Positions 37,724-46,206 of a stretch of DNA of 46,206 nucleotides are shown here, piece after piece. The translations under genes were made by a program, and so were the position numbers. The DNA is taken from contig JAPDJO010000033.1 in the NCBI GenBank assembly GCA_029259115.1, positions 1 to 46,206 of the forward strand, written 5' to 3'. This DNA is from Thermoplasmatota archaeon (GTDB lineage Archaea; Thermoplasmatota; E2; DHVEG-1; B18-G2). The notes beneath the pieces are model-generated. The model was given only the letters and a program-made list of their open reading frames with translations, did not search any database and was not told the origin of the DNA. Numbering within the stretch: position 1 is the stretch's first letter; each line of letters begins with the position of its first letter.

Positions 37724-37963
37724 CTAATCCAGGTATCCCAATGCTCTGAGTCTCTCCTTGATTTTCTCCTCCTCTTCTTTTGTTAGGGCTTCGCTCGCTT
37801 CTTCCTCCTCCATGCTCGCTAACAGCTCTCTCAGAACATAGGTTACGTATGCTGATAGAGAATGGAATCCTGTCCCCTCTATTCTTTTCTTTATCTTTTC
37901 CGCAAGGGCTGTAGGTATGGATATTGTGGTGAATTTTTTCTCTTCCTTCTTATCTTCCATCAT
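37724..37963 (-). CDS. Ribbon-helix-helix (CopG/MetJ-like) regulator with an EEEKIKERLRALGYLD tail
   Basis: TTISIPTALAEKIKK..GFHSLSAYVTYVLRELL RHH pattern; AGGTGAG RBS. Confidence 0.85.
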   Translation of the reverse strand: MMEDKKEEKKFTTISIPTALAEKIKKRIEGTGFHSLSAYVTYVLRELLASMEEEEASEALTKEEEEKIKERLRALGYLD

Positions 37964-37970
37964 CTCACCT

Positions 37971-38023
37971 TTAATTAAATTTAATTATTTTTAATTACAT
38001 GTAATTAAGAGCGGTATAAAAAA
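37971..38023 (-). promoter_or_regulatory. Promoter with four TAATTA boxes at 10-bp spacing and a perfect 18-bp palindrome
   Basis: TAATTA at 37972, 37982, 37992 and 38002; TTAATTACATGTAATTAA at 37991-38008; minus-strand TTTATA at about 38015-38020. Confidence 0.65.
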
Positions 38024-38031
38024 CTATCGAA

Positions 38032-40779
38032 TTAATCCCAGAATCCTCTTGTTCTTGCGTACTGAATCTCTGCTTTCCATATTTCTTTTAACAGTCTGTC
38101 TCTCTCTTCTTCTGATTTTTTCAAATCCAGAAATCTGAAATTTCTGAGTATCCGAGATGCTGTGGTTACGCCTATCCCTCTCCCAGCCAGGGTTAAAATA
38201 GCAAACCTTCCATGAGATACAACCAAACTGGCTGAGGAAGATAGCCTTCTGATAATCTTCCTTTCTTCAGAACTCAATTTCTTTCTCTTGAGATCAGGGA
38301 TTTCTTCTGTTATCACTCCTATCCTTATAGCACCGCATTTCCTGCACCTTGGTCTACCCTCAACTCTACCTACTCTTGTTCTCCATCTGTTGAGACAGTT
38401 CAGACAAACGAGCTCAATCTCTCTACTCTCCAGCCTCTCTTTTAGCATCGAAAGAATCATTCCTTCAGGATATCTCGGAAGGGACAATCCTCTGGCTATT
38501 TCTTGAGATATCTCTGAGAATGGAGAAAATTTCTGAATAACCAATCTTATCTCTCCTCTTCTTATTCTCTCCAGCACTTCTTTTGATCTCTTAATATCCA
38601 TTCTGTCCCAGATGATCTTATTAATTGCTTCATCCATCACTACGGTACCATCAAAGATATCGACAAGTCTTTTTGCTCCCTGCTCACTGAAATCCTTAGA
38701 TATGGCGCCAAACTTCCTTGCTACATGCAGTAGATACCATCTTATAAAGGTAGTATTCTTCAGAACAATCTTTAAGATATCCTCAAGAGAATCTGGATTT
38801 ATACTTCTAAGGGTTTCTTCAATCATTTTTGCTTTTGCTTCTCTCACAAATTCTAATATTATCCTGTATGGATCGCTTCCCATCTTCACGCTCTCTCCAA
38901 GTCTTTGAGCTAGCAAGGATGACAAAGCTCTACCTATGGTTTCATTGACCTTTGTCCCAAAGCATGCATTTATCACAGCTATGTTACGATTCGTTTCAAT
39001 GGTGATTGTCCTATCATCTGGTATCTCTAGATTTCCAGCTCTCTCCAGAAACTTCTTGAGTTCCTCGAGATATTCTCTCTTACAAGGATATTGCCCGAAA
39101 ACTCCCGATAATAGTTCCCTTCTCAATCTGCCAACTTCCTGAGCCACTTCAAAGGGCACAGGTATGTCTTCGCCTACCCATGAGGGTATTTTGCCTATAT
39201 CTTTGACTGGAGTTACTATGACTTCGTCCTCGTTAATTCCAACTACTTTCCATGGTCTGCCTTGGAGAATAAAGCTCTCTCCCTCGAATATGTTGCTGAT
39301 AACAAAACTCTCGTCCAGAATCCCTATCCTCTTTCTACTCGTGATATCAACTACAGAATAACTCTTCTCATCCGGTATCATGGAGATGTTGTCAATGAAA
39401 TAAAGCCTAGACTTTTTCCTAGATTTTATGGTATTATTCTCTAAAGATATTCTTCTCTCGCCCTCCAGTTGTCTGATAACATCGAGGAAAACTTTCCTAT
39501 CAAGATTCGAAAAGGGATACGATCTTCTCAAGATGTTGAACAGTCTGTCTATCTCTATCCTTTTATACTCTAGGGCTATGGATATTACTTGATTTGCAAG
39601 AACAGTAAGAGGATTTCTTCTGATTTCTATCTCTTCAAGTTCCCTGTTTAAAGCCTTCCTTGCTATAACTATACTCTCAGCAAAATCCTCGACATTCAAA
39701 GATATTATTTTCCCCTTGGATGTCTCTCCTATTCTATGACCGCTTCTCCCTATTCTCTGTATCAATCTTGTTACCTGTCTAGGAGAAGAGTACTGTATAA
39801 CAAAATCCGCATGCCCGACATCTATCCCTAACTCTAGCGAGGATGTACATATCAAAGCCTTTATCTTTCCGGACTTAAATCCTTCTTCAGCCTCTATCCT
39901 CGAGAACTTTGAAAGAGAACCGTGGTGAACCTCTATAGGAAAATCTCTGTAAAGAGAGTGAAATCTTGATCCCAGAATCTCAGCTGTATCTCTGGTATTA
40001 ACAAAGAGCAAGGTTGCTTTGTGGTTTTCTATCAAATTCTTGCAAATCTCAACTGATGCCTCTGCCAAACTCTCTTTATCCCTTTTCTCTATAAGCTCAA
40101 CATCTATCTCTATATTTTTGGATACATCTATCTCCACAATCTCAACATCTCTGAATCTTCCTCTATCAATGCCTCCAAGAAATCTAGCAACCTCTTTTGG
40201 CGAGCCAACCGTAGCTGACAGACCTATTCTTTGAAAACTCCCTTTGCAGATCTCTTCCAGCCTTTCTAGAGCAACAGCCAATTGTGCACCTCTCTCCTCA
40301 TCTGCTAGCTCATGAATCTCATCAACTATAACCCATCTCACATTTGATAGATATCTTCTCAACCTTTTTCCCATGAAAAGTATCTGAAAAGTTTCAGGAG
40401 TCGTTATTAGCATATCTGGAGATCTTTTTGATTGTCTATATCTCTCTGCTTGAGATGTATCGCCATGTCTCACCGCTATACCTATACCCAGATATTTGCC
40501 CATGTCAAAGGTTCTTCTTAGCATATCTCTATTTAAAGCTCTGAGAGGAGTTATGTAGAGTATAGATATCCCTTCTTCAGGCTTTATTTCTAAAAATCTA
40601 TGAAAGATTGGAAGTAGGGCTGCCTCGGTTTTGCCTAAACCTGTAGGAGCTATTACAAGAGCATTTCTTCCAGACAGTATGACGGGTATAGCTTTTTCTT
40701 GAATAGGGGTTGGGCTTTCTATCCCTTTCTCCTTTAGAAAATCTCTTATTCTTGGATTAAGGAGATCGAACACATTCAT
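38032..40779 (-). CDS. lhr: Lhr-family SF2 helicase
   Basis: APTGLGKT, PLRALNRD, TTPE, DEIH, LSAT, HHGSLS, SLELGIDVG, QRIGRSGH and a C-terminal Zn finger. Start placed at ATG 40779. Confidence 0.92.
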   Translation of the reverse strand: MNVFDLLNPRIRDFLKEKGIESPTPIQEKAIPVILSGRNALVIAPTGLGKTEAALLPIFHRFLEIKPEEGISILYITPLRALNRDMLRRTFDMGKYLGIGIAVRHGDTSQAERYRQSKRSPDMLITTPETFQILFMGKRLRRYLSNVRWVIVDEIHELADEERGAQLAVALERLEEICKGSFQRIGLSATVGSPKEVARFLGGIDRGRFRDVEIVEIDVSKNIEIDVELIEKRDKESLAEASVEICKNLIENHKATLLFVNTRDTAEILGSRFHSLYRDFPIEVHHGSLSKFSRIEAEEGFKSGKIKALICTSSLELGIDVGHADFVIQYSSPRQVTRLIQRIGRSGHRIGETSKGKIISLNVEDFAESIVIARKALNRELEEIEIRRNPLTVLANQVISIALEYKRIEIDRLFNILRRSYPFSNLDRKVFLDVIRQLEGERRISLENNTIKSRKKSRLYFIDNISMIPDEKSYSVVDITSRKRIGILDESFVISNIFEGESFILQGRPWKVVGINEDEVIVTPVKDIGKIPSWVGEDIPVPFEVAQEVGRLRRELLSGVFGQYPCKREYLEELKKFLERAGNLEIPDDRTITIETNRNIAVINACFGTKVNETIGRALSSLLAQRLGESVKMGSDPYRIILEFVREAKAKMIEETLRSINPDSLEDILKIVLKNTTFIRWYLLHVARKFGAISKDFSEQGAKRLVDIFDGTVVMDEAINKIIWDRMDIKRSKEVLERIRRGEIRLVIQKFSPFSEISQEIARGLSLPRYPEGMILSMLKERLESREIELVCLNCLNRWRTRVGRVEGRPRCRKCGAIRIGVITEEIPDLKRKKLSSEERKIIRRLSSSASLVVSHGRFAILTLAGRGIGVTTASRILRNFRFLDLKKSEEERDRLLKEIWKAEIQYARTRGFWD

Positions 40780-40946
40780 AAGTCCTCTATCGATGTGAGT
40801 ATCATCAGACCCAAACCAAACCAAGTTATAGATAATACATAAAACCAGACATTCGTCACATTAAGTACAGCTCCAGAGACAAGTACGACTATCGGAAGTA
40901 CAAGGAATATCATCGGATTAAGTAATTTTCTGAGTCTCTCGCTCAT
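40776..40946 (-). CDS. Small two-TM membrane protein (56 aa; below the ORF-track cutoff)
   Basis: MSERLRKLLNPMIFLVLPIVVLVSGAVLNVTNVWFYVLSITWFGLGLMILTSIEDL*. The stop overlaps the lhr ATG (ATGA). Confidence 0.7.
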   Translation of the reverse strand: MSERLRKLLNPMIFLVLPIVVLVSGAVLNVTNVWFYVLSITWFGLGLMILTSIEDL

Positions 40947-40980
40947 CCTCAATCGGATATAGAAGAAATCTATATAACCT

Positions 40981-41700
40981 TTACCTGTTTACTCTACCAA
41001 TGTAAGTTCCATCCAGCAAGAATATCTCCATGTCGTTTTTATCTACGATCTTATCAACTACACCTATAAATCCTTCCTCATTAACAGATATACCCCCACA
41101 GAGCGGATTAAAAGATGGCATAACTACTACCCTTTCTAATCTTATCTCCCCATACCTTTTCTCCAGCTCAGTATAATTTGGTCTTGCGATTACCCAACAT
41201 CTCTCCGTAAACTTGTATCCAAATCTATCTTTGAATGAGAATGTTGGATGAGTATGAGCTAGGATTAGGGTTTTTGCCCTCACTAGACTTTTATCAGGCC
41301 ATCTGTGACCATGCGCAAATCCTAGAGATTCGATAACTATACCATGAGATGGAAATATATTGATTTGGCTTCCAACGATTTTCTTTATGCCTCCATCATG
41401 ATTTCCAGGTATCAGCGAAACCCTCAAATCGGATAACTCCTCTATGAATCTCAACAGGTCTTTCCTCTCTGTTATTGTAGATCTAGGTATAACATGCTTC
41501 ATATCCCCAAGAATTAGGAGATCGTTGGCTTTTAACCTAGTCGAAATCTTTCTTATTCTTCTTACAAGATCTTCTGTCTTGGAACCTATACTTATGCCTT
41601 TCTCATAAAGCTCATACTCTATGCCTATGTGAAGATCTGCAATCACAAGGAGATTTTTATCTTTTACATATAAAGCTGCCTCGTTTATTATAGGATTCAT
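40981..41700 (-). CDS. Calcineurin-like metallophosphoesterase (Lhr-associated type)
   Basis: ADLHIG, LGDMKH, GNHD, HGH, AHTHP and MPSFN. Confidence 0.9.
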   Translation of the reverse strand: MNPIINEAALYVKDKNLLVIADLHIGIEYELYEKGISIGSKTEDLVRRIRKISTRLKANDLLILGDMKHVIPRSTITERKDLLRFIEELSDLRVSLIPGNHDGGIKKIVGSQINIFPSHGIVIESLGFAHGHRWPDKSLVRAKTLILAHTHPTFSFKDRFGYKFTERCWVIARPNYTELEKRYGEIRLERVVVMPSFNPLCGGISVNEEGFIGVVDKIVDKNDMEIFLLDGTYIGRVNR

Positions 41701-43322
41701 GGAGCCATTCCCATCATTATGTCTTTAACTAATCCAACTAAGGCATTTGACAAAAACGTCAAGTAAGATAGAGAAAATATCCACATAACTACAAGAGCTA
41801 AAGATTTTCCGACATTCTTTCCTTCCTTTCCAAGCCCTATGAAGTTCATGAGGGTATTTACTCCTATCCTCGTTGGGAGACCGAACATAATAAAACAAGT
41901 GGCGATGAATACGATCTCGATGGAAAGAATGGTGATAGAGATGATTATATTTCTGGAGAGATACGGAATAAAGCTTAGACCAAATATACTGCTAAAGGCT
42001 GAGTCGAAAAGAATTATGGTGAGTATAGCAAACACTATGTGAAGGATGAGAAATATTCTCTTTATTATCTTCTTCTCCTTTTGACCTATCTCCAAAGGAA
42101 AGATTCCAAATACCTTTTCCTCCCCTTTCCTCCTTAGCACTATAGAAAATATAATGAATATCGCTATGGCAAGCAGCCAAAGAGCTATGGAGTGTAAAGG
42201 AAGAGCCAATCCTCCTATGTAATATACGGGAATATCATTGTAAACCGCATCTCCAAGGAATATAAGCGTTGACTTACCCTCTCCGCTTAGAGAAATTGTT
42301 TCTTCATATTTATTTATACTAAACGTTGCTCTTTCAAATCTCAACAAACCAACCTTGGAAAAATTTTTCTCTTTACCATCTACATTTATAGTATCATTTG
42401 AATTGAATACTAGGCATGCTCCGTTCAGAATGTCTACAAAAGGTGATGCAAATCTCAATAGGAAATCGGGTAACTCCATTATGCTGTTTTGACCAATAGA
42501 GGATAAAGATGTGGATAAATTGTAAAGCATGTATTCAGCATTCGGTAATTTTGTACTTCTCCTAACTTCTAGACCAAAACTTTCTGGTTTGTCGAAAAGG
42601 ATTACACTCAACGATGAGAAAGATGCAAGATTAAGGGGACTGTCCTTAGCTATAATTATCCAATTGCCTGCACTATCCTCCCATAGTTTACTACCGTTAT
42701 TGTCTGATATGAAGGAGTAACCTCCTTTCGTCTCCTCTATCAAGGATAAAGGCACTATAATAAAAGATGGGCTGTTTTTCATGCCAATGTGTAATTTATC
42801 ATCTGATATAACAAACATGGCTGTTGTTTTTTCATTCGATATTTCTATCTCGCCAAAAGAAATCATGCCATAATCCAAGGTTTCTTCAAAGGATGCATAT
42901 TCCTCGACTCCAAGTATTAGAATAGGCATATCATTTAGATTTAAATTTGCATCATTGAATCTCTTTATCTCTCTGCTTGTTATGTTGAGAACATACATTG
43001 TATTTACATCAGGTACTATCATGTTAGACGAAAGTATAGATATGGTTGAAAGGGTAGAGTCTGCAAGGTAATCTATGGTAGAAGATAGATCAGGATTCGA
43101 GATATTTATCCAGGTTATGAAATCTATAGGTAGAGTGCCTGTCTGAATCTCCTTACCAATAAGTTTACCATAAAAGTTTAATTCTCCAGCTATAAGATAT
43201 TTTGTATCTTTACCTGTCGAGAAACTAAAATCATATTCTGGAACGAAAGCCCTTGACGAAGTTAATATCAAAGATGAAATCGTAAGCGCTATTAGGATTT
43301 GGGGTGCTCTCCTCATCGCCAA
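41697..43322 (-). CDS. Hypothetical membrane protein (signal peptide, large extracellular domain, C-terminal TM helices)
   Basis: 541-aa ORF with hydrophobic N-terminus and about 4-5 C-terminal TMs; coupled to the MPE gene. Confidence 0.65.
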   Translation of the reverse strand: MAMRRAPQILIALTISSLILTSSRAFVPEYDFSFSTGKDTKYLIAGELNFYGKLIGKEIQTGTLPIDFITWINISNPDLSSTIDYLADSTLSTISILSSNMIVPDVNTMYVLNITSREIKRFNDANLNLNDMPILILGVEEYASFEETLDYGMISFGEIEISNEKTTAMFVISDDKLHIGMKNSPSFIIVPLSLIEETKGGYSFISDNNGSKLWEDSAGNWIIIAKDSPLNLASFSSLSVILFDKPESFGLEVRRSTKLPNAEYMLYNLSTSLSSIGQNSIMELPDFLLRFASPFVDILNGACLVFNSNDTINVDGKEKNFSKVGLLRFERATFSINKYEETISLSGEGKSTLIFLGDAVYNDIPVYYIGGLALPLHSIALWLLAIAIFIIFSIVLRRKGEEKVFGIFPLEIGQKEKKIIKRIFLILHIVFAILTIILFDSAFSSIFGLSFIPYLSRNIIISITILSIEIVFIATCFIMFGLPTRIGVNTLMNFIGLGKEGKNVGKSLALVVMWIFSLSYLTFLSNALVGLVKDIMMGMAP

Positions 43323-43339
43323 AGGATTGGAAAAGAGAT

Positions 43340-44818
43340 TTATAAATGCTTCTTCAGAACTTCAGGTATCATATCTATGATATCTGTAGCAAGCATACCA
43401 TAGGAAAATTCTTCAAACGCTAAGTTTCCGGCGTATCCATTTATAAATGCTCCTATACATGCAGCATAGAATGGCTCAACCCCTTTAGCCAAAAGCGCAG
43501 ATACTATCCCAGCAAGAACATCTCCTGTTCCACCTACAGTCATAGCTGGATTATGAATCTTATTTCTTTTCACTCTCTCCCCATCAGAGATTATATCCTC
43601 CTCTCCCTTTAGTAGTATAGTTATCCCCAACTTTTTAGCCCATTCTTTTACCCTAATTTCTCTTTCCTCTAAATCTTTAGGTAATTTTTCTCCAGTCAGA
43701 TTAAAGAATTCTCCAGCATGAGGCGTTACTACAGCTCTTGAATTTTTTATCATATCAACATTTTTCCCAACAGCTCTTATTGCATCAGCATCCACAACCA
43801 AACTTTTTCCTTCTGTTTTACATATCTTCACCAACTCTAAAACCGTATTCTCTATCTCTTCCCCCCTTCCTAGACCAGGACCTACTAAGACTGCATCAGC
43901 TCTTTCTATTACCCTTTCTATCTCAGGTATAGATTTTCTGTCCAGAGTTTCATCAAATACACCAAAAACTATCAAATTAAGAGGAAGGAGAGGTTTTTTC
44001 TCTATGATCTCTGACAATACCTCTTTCACTTTCTTTGATGTTGCAATGTAACAGAGATCGATCCCCGTTCTCAGCGCAGCTAAACCTGAAATCGCAGGCG
44101 CCCCTATGTATTTTCCACCTCCAATAACAAGAACGACTCCATTTTCTCCCTTATGAGACGAAGGTTTGTTCCTTGGATAAAGAACTTTAAGTTCACCTGG
44201 TCCAACATATCTAACCGCATCGCCAGGAATACCAATGTCAACAATCACTATCTCTCCAGAGTTTTCTTTATTCATTCCTTCCTTGATATCATGGAATGTT
44301 ATTGTTAAATCAGGCTTTATCGATATCTTACTTCCTAATCCAGTTGGGATGTCTAGAGAAACTATCTTCTTCCTCTCTTTCCATCTATTGATTTCCATGA
44401 TGCAAGATTTGTAAGGCTCTCTTGGTTCACCAGTTATTCCGATTCCAAGTAAGGCATCAACTATAACATCGCTTCCTTTAATCAGACTCTCGATCTCCTT
44501 CTCTTCATATACATGTGTTTCTATTCCTTTTCTCTTGATTCTCTCAAAATTTTTCCTAGCAATATATGTTTTTATTTTAGAAGGATCGTCTATAATGACA
44601 ACCTTTACCTTACATCTTCTAGATAGGTATCTTGCAGCAACAAACCCATCTCCTCCGTTGTTTCCCAATCCACAGAATACGGTTATTTCTTTTGGTTTAA
44701 ATCTACCAGCTATTATCTCTGCCGCCCCTTTCCCTGCGTTTTCCATCAGGATTTCATCTTTAACTCCGAAGAATTCTGAGTTTATATCCAGAATCTTGAC
44801 TTCTTTAGCTGTTATCAT
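43340..44818 (-). CDS. nnr: Bifunctional NAD(P)H-hydrate epimerase/dehydratase
   Basis: LMENAG, GNNGGDG, DALLGIG, HKGENG, GPGLG, TPHAGEF and GGTGDVLAG. Confidence 0.95.
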   Translation of the reverse strand: MITAKEVKILDINSEFFGVKDEILMENAGKGAAEIIAGRFKPKEITVFCGLGNNGGDGFVAARYLSRRCKVKVVIIDDPSKIKTYIARKNFERIKRKGIETHVYEEKEIESLIKGSDVIVDALLGIGITGEPREPYKSCIMEINRWKERKKIVSLDIPTGLGSKISIKPDLTITFHDIKEGMNKENSGEIVIVDIGIPGDAVRYVGPGELKVLYPRNKPSSHKGENGVVLVIGGGKYIGAPAISGLAALRTGIDLCYIATSKKVKEVLSEIIEKKPLLPLNLIVFGVFDETLDRKSIPEIERVIERADAVLVGPGLGRGEEIENTVLELVKICKTEGKSLVVDADAIRAVGKNVDMIKNSRAVVTPHAGEFFNLTGEKLPKDLEEREIRVKEWAKKLGITILLKGEEDIISDGERVKRNKIHNPAMTVGGTGDVLAGIVSALLAKGVEPFYAACIGAFINGYAGNLAFEEFSYGMLATDIIDMIPEVLKKHL

Positions 44819-44858
44819 CCAAAAACGTTAAACCTCTTGTAATCTATATATCCTTCGC

Positions 44859-45194
44859 ATGTTACCAAGAAGATTCAGTCCTAAGCAATTATCTCAGCTT
44901 ATGAGACAACTTGGAATAAACATCAAAGATATAGAAGGTGTTGAGGAGGTTATTATCAGAACAAGAGATAAGGAATATGTTTTCAGAGATGCTGAAGTAA
45001 CCTTAATGGAGGCGCAGGGGCAAAAAACATACCAAATTATAGGAAATCCTGAAATCAGAGAGAGAGGCATCCCTGAAGAGGATATAAAACTTGTTATGGA
45101 AAAAACGGGAAAGAGTAGAGAAGAAGCTGAGAAAGCATTGAAAGAGAGCAATGGAGATATTGCTGAAGCAATATTGAAGTTGATGGAGGGTTAA
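44859..45194 (+). CDS. nac: Nascent polypeptide-associated complex protein
   Basis: MRQLGI, VEEVIIR, YQIIG and a UBA-like EDIKLV..ALKESNGDIAEAI. Confidence 0.95.
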   Translation: MLPRRFSPKQLSQLMRQLGINIKDIEGVEEVIIRTRDKEYVFRDAEVTLMEAQGQKTYQIIGNPEIRERGIPEEDIKLVMEKTGKSREEAEKALKESNGDIAEAILKLMEG

Positions 45195-45994
45195 GCTGGA
45201 GATGCTTTGCTGAGTTTCTCGAATCTCTCTATTTCCCTTTCCTCCTCCTCCCTTCTGATCTTCTCTTCTTTCATCGCCTCCTCGTGCTCCTCATCTCCCT
45301 TTTTACCCTTCAATCTCATTGATAATCTCCTTATAGCCTCCTCTGGACCATAGCATATCAATCGATCTCCTTTCTTTATCAGAGTATCTCCTCGTGGTGC
45401 CCCTATGTACATCTCTCCTTCCTTACCCTTTCTATAGATAGCAAGAACTATTATGCCTTCTTTATCAAGTTCAAGCTCCCTCAATTTTTTCTCATGGAGC
45501 CAGCTTTTTCCTCTTACTTCAAACTCACCAATAGAGTATCCTTTTCCCAGACCAAGAAGGTGTTCAAAATCATAAACCCTCAAACTCGTAAATCTTTCCA
45601 GTGCCCTCTTTATAAGCCATCTCATTCCTCGATCTATGAGTTTTGACCTAGCAAAGAGGAAGATGATTATCAACCCCACCACCAGCCAGAAAAATCTTAC
45701 CCCCATCTCATGGGGAGATTGATTTATAAAGGTCAAAACTAGAGTAGCCATAGCAGAAGTGATACCTGCTGAACCTACAAACATCAGTATCCTTATTATC
45801 CTCCTCCTAACTGGATGGGATACAACATGTTCGGATTCAGAGGTGGTAAATCCAACTCCAGAGAATGCGGATTGAGCCTGAAATGTTGCAAGATCCCTAG
45901 ATAAACCTGTCATTTCCAAAGCAACTGCACCTATCCTCACTATAACTATAGACACAACTATAACTATCAGTAATGATATCAGTGCGTACATCAT
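45191..45994 (-). CDS. Ion-channel-like membrane protein with TrkA-C (RCK_C) domain
   Basis: FQAQSAFSGVGFTTSESE pore-like motif and an RCK_C domain (EGIIVLAIYR..P...KGDRLICYG). Confidence 0.85.
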   Translation of the reverse strand: MMYALISLLIVIVVSIVIVRIGAVALEMTGLSRDLATFQAQSAFSGVGFTTSESEHVVSHPVRRRIIRILMFVGSAGITSAMATLVLTFINQSPHEMGVRFFWLVVGLIIIFLFARSKLIDRGMRWLIKRALERFTSLRVYDFEHLLGLGKGYSIGEFEVRGKSWLHEKKLRELELDKEGIIVLAIYRKGKEGEMYIGAPRGDTLIKKGDRLICYGPEEAIRRLSMRLKGKKGDEEHEEAMKEEKIRREEEEREIERFEKLSKASPA

Positions 45995-46079
45995 TAAAAT
46001 CGAAGGGATTTTGGTTTAAAACCTTTTCAGTAAAGAATTAGATAAAGCTTTAATTGGTCTATAGTATCCTTTGTACTTA

Positions 46080-46206
46080 ATGGAAAAGAAAGTAACAGTT
46101 GAGGAACTATTGGAAAAAGCCAAAAAGCCAGCTCAAGAAGCAATGAAATTGCATCCTTTTTATAAGGGAAAAGTGCAAGTAATGCCAAAATGTGCAATAA
46201 GAAGTT
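46080..46206 (+). CDS. Malic enzyme (NAD(P)-dependent), 3'-partial
   Basis: MEKKVTVEELLEKAKKPAQEAMKLHPFYKGKVQVMPKCAIRS resembles the N-terminus of prokaryotic malic enzymes. Confidence 0.75.
   Translation, partial: MEKKVTVEELLEKAKKPAQEAMKLHPFYKGKVQVMPKCAIRS

Noticed and set aside
1-46206. CRISPR arrays, tRNA/rRNA genes, IS elements
   Set aside because: No repeat-spacer periodicity, cloverleaf or rRNA signatures, or transposase ORFs were seen by eye; the window is almost fully protein-coding.
46080-46206. Functional link between the malic enzyme and the citrate-lyase-like operon
   Set aside because: They are about 31 kb apart with no evidence of co-regulation.

Overview
An archaeal window: it encodes NAC, a PurP-like protein, a tungsten-type AOR and the archaeal modified mevalonate enzymes, and has TATA/BRE promoters. 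The gene mix suggests an anaerobic, peptide-fermenting Thermoplasmatota-like organism (inference only). Left part (1-18 kb): purP-like gene, a clostripain-like protein lacking the catalytic His, ferredoxin+AOR, an amino-acid permease, a compact mvk-ubiD-acnX(L)-acnX(S) mevalonate operon, an HD / CitD::CitE fusion / CitF citrate-lyase-like operon whose carrier domain lacks the prosthetic-group serine, and an ATPase-YbjQ-YhfC-zinc-finger operon. Middle part (18-38 kb), the most notable: a surface-glycan locus with glycosyltransferases, a nucleotide-sugar dehydrogenase, a GLCE-like D-glucuronyl C5-epimerase, three Thr-type alkaline-phosphatase/sulfatase-superfamily proteins and a flippase. Next to it is a PAPS-supply operon (RHH regulator, Sat, DHH phosphoesterase, sulfotransferase, CysC, TauE). 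Together these suggest a sulfated, C5-epimerised uronic-acid glycan. An island of AAA/DUF4143 ATPases and an AbiE toxin-antitoxin pair splits the locus. Right part: Lhr helicase + metallophosphoesterase, Nnr, NAC, a TrkA-C protein and the start of a malic enzyme. No rRNA, tRNA, CRISPR array or transposase was recognised. All calls come from reading motifs by eye, without database searches.
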